Source: Gemmatimonadales bacterium (GTDB lineage: Bacteria; Gemmatimonadota; Gemmatimonadetes; Gemmatimonadales; GWC2-71-9). Taken from it: DNA of 64,000 nt. Shown here piece after piece: positions 1 through 7,433 of this stretch; position 1 is the first letter of the stretch; the number at the start of each line of letters is the position of its first letter. The notes beneath the pieces were generated by a model. That model was not told where the DNA came from. It worked only from the letters and a program-made list of their open reading frames with translations, and searched no databases. The position numbers were made by a program, and so were the translations under genes. The stretch is from the NCBI GenBank assembly GCA_036522815.1, contig DATDFC010000119.1:2462-66461 (forward strand), given 5' to 3'.

Positions 1-292
1 TCCCCCACCAGCCGCGCCACGTGTCGTCGCGCCAGGGCCCGCGCACCGGGCCGAACATGTTTCGGCCCATGATGTACGCCCCGATCCGTTCCCCGCCGCG
101 TTTCGCAAAATCATTGTCGGGACCTGTGGTCCCGTCTGTCTTTCCCTGCATCGCGCGAAACGTGCGTGTGACCACAAACCAGTCGTGGAGCGCCTCGCCT
201 CCGACGCCGAGCCCGTTCTCCAGGCTCTGGCGGGGACCGGCGCCGTAGCCGTCGAGCGAGATCGAAAAGTTGTGGACGCGTAGCTTGGACAT
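1..292 (-). CDS. dihydrofolate reductase family protein (RibD C-terminal domain type); C-terminal part lies beyond the window edge
   Basis: Absent from the ORF track because it leaves the window. My minus-strand translation from ATG (292-290) reads MSKLRVHNFSISLDGYGAGPRQSLENGLGVGGEALHDWF...IGAYIMGRNMFGPVRGPWRDDTWRGWWG, the N-terminal pattern of DHFR-like/RibD_C proteins. AAGGAGA Shine-Dalgarno lies just upstream. Confidence 0.6.
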   Translation of the reverse strand, partial: MSKLRVHNFSISLDGYGAGPRQSLENGLGVGGEALHDWFVVTRTFRAMQGKTDGTTGPDNDFAKRGGERIGAYIMGRNMFGPVRGPWRDDTWRGWWG

Positions 293-427
293 CGGGTCTC
301 CTTGGAGGCGTCGTGTGAGCTATGGTTGGGCTCCCGGAGACACGTCGAACCAGCGGTCTCGAAATCGACATAGCGGGATGGGCGGATCCGTCAGTCCACC
401 GGTCGCGTTCAACCCCGACCGTGATCC

Positions 428-1486
428 TCAGTCATCCGAATTACGATAACCGCCCTTTTTGATCCAACTCGGCACTGGCGACGGCGTGGCCTTGGGCGGC
501 GGCTTGGAAGCGACTCGCTGGACCGGAGGCGACGCCGCCGACGCCGCAGGCGAGGCAGGGACTTTGTAGCTCGCCAGATTCCTGAGAACGCTATCGAGAG
601 TGCCGACCTTCATCGGAGGCTGCTGCAGCATGGCCGCCATGGCCGCGGCGAGTTGGTCGATCTGCGCCGATCCGATACGACGCAATTGTTGCCAAATCTC
701 CGATCGACCTACCTGCTGGAAATCTTCGCGCACGAAGATCAGATTGTCGCCGGTATGAAAACGTTCCCATAGCCTGGCATCCTTCTCCAACGCCGCCAGC
801 GATAGATAGATGACGAGAGCGGAAAAACGATCGATCTCCTGCCCGTAGTCTTGCTCGCTCCGTTCGGGATGCTGGTAGGCACGGTGGCCGATTTCCGTGG
901 CATGGCGGCCCTTCAAGGCCGGCACCCACATGCCGTCGTAGTCGACCAAGTGCATCGATCCGCCGCGCACCAGGATATTGCCGTGCTGCAAATCGCCGTG
1001 CGCGACCCGAGCGTTTTCGAGGTCGCGAACCAGTGTCGCCCATTTTGCCCGCAATGACGCGAGTGAGCCGGGATAGCGTAGCTGTTTCTCAACATGAACG
1101 TGCAACAGGTCGCCCTCCGCCCATTGCATCTTGACGATCGGGAACCAGCCGGAGCGGATTTGGATGCCCTGCTTGAGAAACCGAAAGTTGACGTCGTAGG
1201 GCAGGCGGACCTTGTGAAGATGCTTGGAGATCGCCTCGTAGCGTTCGGCATGGTCGCTGATGGGGCGCAAGAAGCAGCGAATCGCCCAGGTCTTCCTGAA
1301 CGACAGGAACCCGCCCGGCTGCCTCGCCTTGTAGACCACGGCGTTGCCGCCGGTGGCCGGCTTGGGCATCCCGAACCGATCGAGCTCGAGGGCGACTCCT
1401 CGTAATCCTGGGTCAGCAAACGCCCTCGGCGGGTGCTGCACCGCCTCATGGTATTCGGTCAGGTCCGGCCAGGCTCCCCCCCCCAT
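428..1486 (-). CDS. protein kinase-like protein (kinase member of a vWA/PP2C/kinase triad)
   Basis: ORF 428..1636 trimmed to ATG 1486, 2 nt after the upstream stop. Contains the catalytic loop HGDLQHGNILV, a DYDGMW (DFG-position) motif and HRAYQHPE, followed by a Pro/Ser/Ala-rich tail. Confidence 0.75.
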   Translation of the reverse strand: MGGGAWPDLTEYHEAVQHPPRAFADPGLRGVALELDRFGMPKPATGGNAVVYKARQPGGFLSFRKTWAIRCFLRPISDHAERYEAISKHLHKVRLPYDVNFRFLKQGIQIRSGWFPIVKMQWAEGDLLHVHVEKQLRYPGSLASLRAKWATLVRDLENARVAHGDLQHGNILVRGGSMHLVDYDGMWVPALKGRHATEIGHRAYQHPERSEQDYGQEIDRFSALVIYLSLAALEKDARLWERFHTGDNLIFVREDFQQVGRSEIWQQLRRIGSAQIDQLAAAMAAMLQQPPMKVGTLDSVLRNLASYKVPASPAASAASPPVQRVASKPPPKATPSPVPSWIKKGGYRNSDD

Positions 1487-1488
1487 CG

Positions 1489-2295
1489 CTATCGCTCCTT
1501 CGCGGCAACCGGTGAATCGTGATGAATGATACGGACCAGCGTAAAATCGTCGTTGCGCAATCCATGCGTGCGGCCGTAGGCGACCATCGCGGCAAAGCTC
1601 TCCGGCGTACGCAGCTTTCGGTACAGCCACCTCCACAATGGTCGCCCGGCTTCATGCTGCTTCAAGAGCCAGGCGGCCATCGCATCGGTGGCGAGCAGCA
1701 GCATGTCGCCATCGCGCAGGCTGCCGTTGCTGATGTGTATCCGGTCGTGCAGTTGTTCGCCGTCCGACCTGGAGCCGATCAGATACGGGCTCATGGTGAA
1801 TTGCGAAGATTCCTGCAGGGGGAACGCCGTGAGCACCCGCATCCCCTTACCGACGTCATCGACCTGCATGAGGCAACAGTCACCAACCGCCAGGGCCGTC
1901 CACCGGTTCGTGTGAGCGTCGATCTGGAGACCGAGAAACGCCGCGAACGCGCCTTGCCCGGCCTTCTCGCTGGCGAACCAGGGGAGCGGCCGACCCGCCA
2001 ATCTTCGCCGCCAGAGGCGGCGCGCCGGCTGTAACCGCGCAAAAAACTCTTCCCCGGCGAGCTCACTGCGCACGTAGCTTTCGGCCAACAGCACTGCCCA
2101 GAGCTGGGCGAAACTGCTTTCGGTGGCGCCATCGGCCACCGCCACGCGCAGGCCGGCCGGGGTGCGCGTTTGCCGATGCGCCCAGGCATCCTCGTACTCC
2201 TCGACACTGTTGCCTGACTTGGGGCAGCAGAAAACCTTGATGTCGCACTCGTTGGCCGTGGCCGCCGTGGCGTGGTTCACCGCAGCGGTGCTCAA
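1489..2295 (-). CDS. PP2C-family-like protein phosphatase
   Basis: VAVADGATESSF and LLLATDAMAAWL resemble the acidic metal-binding motifs of PP2C/SpoIIE phosphatases. The TTG start overlaps the vWA stop by 4 nt (TTGA). Sits between the vWA and kinase genes. Confidence 0.6.
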   Translation of the reverse strand: MSTAAVNHATAATANECDIKVFCCPKSGNSVEEYEDAWAHRQTRTPAGLRVAVADGATESSFAQLWAVLLAESYVRSELAGEEFFARLQPARRLWRRRLAGRPLPWFASEKAGQGAFAAFLGLQIDAHTNRWTALAVGDCCLMQVDDVGKGMRVLTAFPLQESSQFTMSPYLIGSRSDGEQLHDRIHISNGSLRDGDMLLLATDAMAAWLLKQHEAGRPLWRWLYRKLRTPESFAAMVAYGRTHGLRNDDFTLVRIIHHDSPVAAKER

Positions 2296-3140
2296 CGCAG
2301 GCGCACATTCGCCGGCCGCGTGCCGATATCGAGAAAATGGATGACGTGCAGCGGTTGCGCGTTGAAGATGAATCCTCGCGAGTTTTCCCCGGCCGGCAAA
2401 CCCAGCTCCGTCGCGCGCGCCACCATGAACGGTGTGAGCGGCGACGAGGCTTCAAACAGCGCTTTGGCATGCTGATCCGGAAGTTTGCTGGCATTGCCCG
2501 GTAATTCGATCGACGGCCCGGCCGTCGACGACAGATGGATGTTGAAGAGCAGCACCGAACCGTCCTCGCCGCTGACCGCGGTCAACTTCCGCGCTTCGGC
2601 GACGAGATCTCCATCCGTTGCCTCGCCGTCGGTGATGTTGATGACGATCGGCGGAAATCCCTGCGGATGCTCCTGGCACCACGCCTCGACCAGCTTGGTG
2701 GCGTCCTTGAGCGCGGCGCACATCGGCGTGCCCCCTTTCCAGTAGGGGTCGAACCAGACTGGAAATTTCACGGTTTGGTCCATCACGCCGCCGGCGCCAT
2801 CGTCCGATTGCTTGGTGCGTTCTTCGATGCGCAACGGCTTGCCGGCCAATTCACTGATCGGGACCAACGAGCGCCCGCTCAGCTCGCCGCCGAGCGCCGG
2901 CTTACAACTCTCATCGCTGTAGCCGAGCACACCGACATGGAAGTAGTCGTAAATCGAGTCCGACTTGGCGCACCGGATGCACAGATTATGAAGCAGCTTG
3001 TTAAGGATGGTCGCCAGCTCCTCGGCCTTCTTTTTGCCATTGTCTCCGCCGGCGAACGGGTCCTCCATCGACTCGGACTGGTCGACCAGAAACAGGAAAC
3101 AGCCCGGGTTCTTACGACTGATTTCGGCCTGGTATGCCAT
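2292..3140 (-). CDS. von Willebrand factor type A (TerY-like) protein
   Basis: ORF 2292..3395 trimmed to ATG 3140 (MAYQAEISRK), because the longer form would run over the tRNA. GGAG RBS upstream. MIDAS motif FLVDQSESM plus downstream NITDGEATD. Confidence 0.8.
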   Translation of the reverse strand: MAYQAEISRKNPGCFLFLVDQSESMEDPFAGGDNGKKKAEELATILNKLLHNLCIRCAKSDSIYDYFHVGVLGYSDESCKPALGGELSGRSLVPISELAGKPLRIEERTKQSDDGAGGVMDQTVKFPVWFDPYWKGGTPMCAALKDATKLVEAWCQEHPQGFPPIVINITDGEATDGDLVAEARKLTAVSGEDGSVLLFNIHLSSTAGPSIELPGNASKLPDQHAKALFEASSPLTPFMVARATELGLPAGENSRGFIFNAQPLHVIHFLDIGTRPANVRLR

Positions 3141-3381
3141 GGTTTTTCTCCAGAGCGAGCGCGGGCAGCCAGAAGACGGTACGAGAGCTTGTTCGTCCGG
3201 GCCAGGCCAGGCTGTGACTGATGTCACCTCATGATGGGGCGGGCGCGCAACGGGAGAGCGGGGCGGCGGTTTGAGGACCCGGACTACATCGTCCGAGGGC
3301 GAGATCATGAAACTCTGCTGTGCACAATCCACCACTTTCTCCTGAGCCCGCCACTCGCTAAGTTCAACCGCCGCAACGCAC

Positions 3382-3453
<72 letters not shown>

Positions 3454-3502
3454 CTCGACAGGACAACGAGTTAGGCTTCCTGGTGACCGGGGCCCTTCCT
3501 GT

Positions 3503-3524
3503 TTGGGGCACACATTGGGGCACA
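3503..3524. repeat. direct repeat TTGGGGCACA x2 (2-nt spacer)
   Basis: TTGGGGCACA occurs at 3503-3512 and 3515-3524, in the 93-nt gap between the tRNA 3' end and the stop of the 811-aa gene. Confidence 0.5.
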
Positions 3525-3546
3525 AGCGGCTTGCATTCCTGGTTTG

Positions 3547-5982
3547 TTAAGGCCTCGCATCGGTGTTTAGCACAACCGACACAACCCTCCGACTGTCTCG
3601 TCCGACGACTTCGCCAATGCCGAGCCACTGCTGGGCGCCATGCTCGCCACGCTTCCGCTCGCAGTACGCTTCCAGGGCGCCTGCCACCGCCTCAGGCGTG
3701 ACGTCGCACCAGTAGGTGATGCCCCACCCGCCGTCGCCGCGACCGGCAATAGTCGCATTCGACGGACGCCGTTGGGCGGTGGTGATCTGCCGAGCCCGCT
3801 CGATGTTGCGGGCGAACGCATCCCGGCCTCCCCCATCGAGGTCCAGTATTGCCAGCGCAGCGTCGAGGCGACGAGGTAGACCGGAGCTGTCGAGACGCTC
3901 CAGGAGTGCCCGAACGTCCAAAGGAATCCTCAGGGCGGGCTTGGGGGCCGGCGTCTGGCGTGCGCCCGTTGCGTGGGCGTAGTACGCATCGAACGGGCCC
4001 GTATAAGACAGCAGCCGAAAACTCGCCTTCGCGGAATCGCGTCGCAGGGTCTTGGCGACGTCATCTAGATACAGGCCTTCAGCCAGATAGTACCCGAATA
4101 TGTCCAGCTCGTCCGCGGCTTCGAGAAGTCCGAGGTGGGCGGTTTGGACCCGTCGGGCCAGGTAGTGTGGAAAGGCCGCTGCCAGACCGAGAATGTCGGC
4201 GATCACCATTAGATCATAGATACTCGCAACCCAGGAGTATTCACCAGGCCGAAACAAGCAGATAGGCGAAGCGGCATGCAACTGAGCGGTCAGATGACCG
4301 ATCGGGGCAAGGGTAACAGAGATCAGAATGACATGCCTGACCGAGTCCATAGTCACAATCACGTCGGGGCCGCCGTCCGCGCGTCGAAAGCGGGCCTCCC
4401 GAGGAGGACCTAACGCGCGCGCGGCATCGAGATGAGCTTTGGCGCGCACCGCCTGCTCGTGAGAAGCGGCGATCACTTCCTTAAGATCGCGCCGCAGGCG
4501 GTCAGGCGCCCCCCTCCGGGCCGGCTCAGTGAAATCCTGTCCCTTTGCCTCGAGCAGGAAAACCATCGAATCGTATTGAGACAGACCGTCGAGCTCGGCT
4601 CTGCGAGAACGGTCGCCCTCCACATCGTAGTGCAGGTTCGTAGCGAGTGTGGCCTCCGGCATCAAGCGCTTGAGAAGAGCCATCGCGGTATGAAGCAAAT
4701 AGTCGTGTCGATGTTTCCTATACCGTTCCGAGGCGCGGGGCGACGGATTGTTGAGGGCCGCCTCGAAGACAGGCTGGATCGCCCAATCGAGAAGCAGAGG
4801 GGCCGGGGCAATGTACCGATCTTGATGCCGAACAATCGGTCTCGCGCGGAGCAGATGGGTCGCCACTGGCTCGACGAAATCTCCTGGCAGCTGGCCGAAA
4901 TCAACCGCCAGCGCTTGCAGGAACGCAGCAGCGCGATTATCCGCTACACCAGCCTCGGCCGCCAGCTCTTTCACGGTAAACGAGCAAATCGCTGCCGCGT
5001 CTAGAATAACCCACTCGCCAGCGGCATACTTCAAGTAGCGGCGGACATCCTTCCTGGACCGCTTTGCGAGCTCTAGCGCGAACGCGCCGTGCTTCCGCGC
5101 GTCATCGTCGGTTGCGGCATCCAATTCAGCCAGGAACGCCGCTCGCGTCCGGCCCTTCCGCGCGCGATTAACGTCGATCTCCAGCTGCTTGAAGCCCCGG
5201 CTGGCCTTCTGGGCTCGGTCCTGAAAGCGCCGGCTCATTCGGGCAGGAATAGCATCAGAGAGTTTGATGGCGTCGTCCACCGAAAAGCCCAACGCGTCCA
5301 CCAGCTCGTCCTCAAATGCTGTGAACAGTCCACGAAGAACCTGATGATGATGGTGAGGGTACGCCGGATTGCGCACCGCCAGTTCATTCAGCCGCATCGT
5401 CATCTGGAGGTCGGCGATCGCGTCCGGCGTAGGGGCTGCCGTGCCTGACGCATCAGCTGCGACCAGCATCTGTCGTGCCGCGCGCGCCATCTGCAACCAC
5501 ACGACCGTTTGTAGCGCCTGCTCTGTCTTCTCCTGAAGCTCGCGCAGGGCCGCCCCATTCGCGTACAGCTTGGTTCCAGTAGAGTAGTTTGATTTGAGGG
5601 CGAGGAGCGCTGTGTACTCGGCGACGAAGGACTTCCCTTCATGTGAGGATTCCTCGTAAGTCTCCGGATCGACCAAATGATTCTGGAGACTGAGCGCGCC
5701 TAGCACAGTAAAGGTGTCAAACTGGGACAAGCGTTCCTGGATCTCTGCTGCGCGGCGCTCGAGTTCCGCTTTGAGCTCGTCGACCGACGCAGCCATGCGC
5801 TCGATTAGCGCTCGGTGCTCCTCGGGTGTGCGGCTCGTCGTGGTGTGGATGTATCGACCGCGGCGCTCCAGACGAAATCCTGGCCCCTCGAGCACATCCA
5901 CGTCCTGTGTCCTTACCCGGGTAGTCTTGGGGCCGGGGTCTTGCCGGTGCCGGCCGCGTCGTTTGCGCTTCTTCCTCACCAT
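3547..5982 (-). CDS. large hypothetical protein (811 aa) with internal PD-(D/E)xK / NERD-like nuclease core
   Basis: Long ORF with ATG start and a basic N-terminus (KKRKRRGRHR). It has a coiled-coil-like stretch and the motif ELDGLSQYDSMVFLLEAKG (D...ExK), encoded around 4540-4600. No Walker A motif seen. Many A/T-ending codons, unlike neighbouring core genes. Confidence 0.6.
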   Translation of the reverse strand: MVRKKRKRRGRHRQDPGPKTTRVRTQDVDVLEGPGFRLERRGRYIHTTTSRTPEEHRALIERMAASVDELKAELERRAAEIQERLSQFDTFTVLGALSLQNHLVDPETYEESSHEGKSFVAEYTALLALKSNYSTGTKLYANGAALRELQEKTEQALQTVVWLQMARAARQMLVAADASGTAAPTPDAIADLQMTMRLNELAVRNPAYPHHHHQVLRGLFTAFEDELVDALGFSVDDAIKLSDAIPARMSRRFQDRAQKASRGFKQLEIDVNRARKGRTRAAFLAELDAATDDDARKHGAFALELAKRSRKDVRRYLKYAAGEWVILDAAAICSFTVKELAAEAGVADNRAAAFLQALAVDFGQLPGDFVEPVATHLLRARPIVRHQDRYIAPAPLLLDWAIQPVFEAALNNPSPRASERYRKHRHDYLLHTAMALLKRLMPEATLATNLHYDVEGDRSRRAELDGLSQYDSMVFLLEAKGQDFTEPARRGAPDRLRRDLKEVIAASHEQAVRAKAHLDAARALGPPREARFRRADGGPDVIVTMDSVRHVILISVTLAPIGHLTAQLHAASPICLFRPGEYSWVASIYDLMVIADILGLAAAFPHYLARRVQTAHLGLLEAADELDIFGYYLAEGLYLDDVAKTLRRDSAKASFRLLSYTGPFDAYYAHATGARQTPAPKPALRIPLDVRALLERLDSSGLPRRLDAALAILDLDGGGRDAFARNIERARQITTAQRRPSNATIAGRGDGGWGITYWCDVTPEAVAGALEAYCERKRGEHGAQQWLGIGEVVGRDSRRVVSVVLNTDARP

Positions 5983-6239
5983 GCGATAAAGATCGCGGGT
6001 CGCGCCTTGTGTGCGCGACCGGCGTGTCGGACGATCCGCGAAGCGCCCCGTGGCGTATTCGGGCTTCCATCCGCCTGGACATCTGGAGCCGCAACCTGTC
6101 GCGAGATGTGAACGAGGGGTGGTGGCGGCGAGTTCTCGCCGCCCGCGAGATGCTCCAGCGGACGGCGAGCGCGGTCAGCAGTTGTCCCGGGGGGGGGCAG
6201 ATTCTCGACGAAGATGTTGTTGAGCTCTTCAGCCGACAC
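5976..6239 (-). CDS. possible small coupled ORF (87 aa), hypothetical
   Basis: The GTG start overlaps the stop of the Toprim gene by 11 nt, and its stop overlaps the ATG of the 811-aa gene by 7 nt. GC3 is about 69 % by my count. No recognisable motif. Confidence 0.25.
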   Translation of the reverse strand: MSAEELNNIFVENLPPPGTTADRARRPLEHLAGGENSPPPPLVHISRQVAAPDVQADGSPNTPRGASRIVRHAGRAHKARPAIFIAW

Positions 6240-6747
6240 CGCCCCACGCAGCGAGCAGCTCCTCCGGGCCCAGCACTTCCTCTGGTATCCGCCGGCCGGC
6301 TGCGAGCAAGGCGCGAACGCGAGGCCGGATCTCTTCAGGTAACCAACTCACAAGCTGGTCGTCGTCCCAGCGAATTCGGCGGGCGCGTGTCGGCCAACCA
6401 GATGCATGGCCGAGATGTGCCGCCGCTTCCAGCATCCGTTCATGTAGTCCAGGCGCGGGCCGAAGTGTAGGGAGGCCGACCTCCATTAACGTGCGCCCCG
6501 CGGCCTGAGCGATCCGCAGGCCCGCTCGATCGAGATCGCCGACGTACACCACGCTGTTCACATGCCGACCGAGTTCAGCGAGTCCTGGTAACGCCTGCTC
6601 TACCCCGGCGCCAGCGCCATAGATGACCAAGCCGTAGGGAGGATTCGATAGCTGGCGTAGGACGCTCACGGCGACGTTGAACAGCCCCGCGTTCTCGACA
6701 ACCAGGGCGGCTTCAACGTCTCCGACGCTTGCCCAGGCGAGCGGCAC
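6229..6747 (-). CDS. stand-alone Toprim-fold protein resembling the JetD C-terminal (DUF2220-like) domain
   Basis: ALVVENAGLF (conserved Glu), VIYGAGAG and VVYVGDLDRAGLRIA (DxD) match the Toprim/TopoVI-A-like pattern of the Wadjet JetD C-terminus. No JetD N-terminal domain and no jetABC genes are present. GTG start. Confidence 0.5.
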   Translation of the reverse strand: MPLAWASVGDVEAALVVENAGLFNVAVSVLRQLSNPPYGLVIYGAGAGVEQALPGLAELGRHVNSVVYVGDLDRAGLRIAQAAGRTLMEVGLPTLRPAPGLHERMLEAAAHLGHASGWPTRARRIRWDDDQLVSWLPEEIRPRVRALLAAGRRIPEEVLGPEELLAAWGGVG

Positions 6748-6859
6748 GTGAGATCAGCGCTCCACCCGGTGGGGGTGGGGGAGTACGTCTTTGGCGGTTC
6801 GTCCACTACGGAGCTCCCTGAGACCGCAACGGCCCTAGTAGCACTGCAATCTACACGCT

Positions 6860-7387
6860 ATGCGGACGCGTCGTACGCCCGCCATCACGTATGCACAGCT
6901 GCAGCGCACCAGCGAACAGCTCACGGCGGCCCGCGCGGCGACTAGCAAGTATCAGCATGCGCACCGGGACGAGCCCGACGGGTGCCGTGCGATCGGGCCG
7001 TACGTGCCCGACGTGGGCGTACACTATGTGCGCTCGGGAGCATCCGCCCGATTCTCCATCACCGAGCCGCCCATTCTCCTCTACGAGCGGGACTCCACAG
7101 CGCCAGGCGGCCTGCGGCTGGTAGGGGTCAGTTACCTCCTGGTGGTTCCCACCGACTCGACCGGCCGCCCTCAGTCGCCGCCGTTGCCGAATGCGCTGGC
7201 GGGCTGGCACAAACACAACAACGTCTGCGTGCTGCCGGACAACAGCGCCACGGTTCAACTCACCGAGCAACAGTGCCGAGGGCAGGGCGGACGCTTCACG
7301 GCAGAGACGAGTCTGATGGTGCATGCATGGATCTGGAAGGACAGTCCGGCGGGCGTGTTCAGCTTTATCAATCCAGCGATCAAGTAG
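6860..7387 (+). CDS. hypothetical protein (175 aa)
   Basis: ATG-started ORF containing PDVGVHYV and AGWHKHNN motifs. No clear signal peptide. Function not recognised. Confidence 0.45.
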   Translation: MRTRRTPAITYAQLQRTSEQLTAARAATSKYQHAHRDEPDGCRAIGPYVPDVGVHYVRSGASARFSITEPPILLYERDSTAPGGLRLVGVSYLLVVPTDSTGRPQSPPLPNALAGWHKHNNVCVLPDNSATVQLTEQQCRGQGGRFTAETSLMVHAWIWKDSPAGVFSFINPAIK

Positions 7388-7433
7388 CGACGACAGCGCC
7401 TGTGGCCACCACTCAGCTCCTCGCGGGGAACCC

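Noticed and set aside
3454-7433. Integrated mobile element (integrase plus att repeat) at tRNA-Cys
   Set aside because: No integrase, recombinase or transposase-like ORF is present. I could not find a duplicate of the tRNA 3' end. Only a weak 7-nt resemblance (cggttcg) occurs near 6800. I therefore report only a compositional island, not a mobile element.
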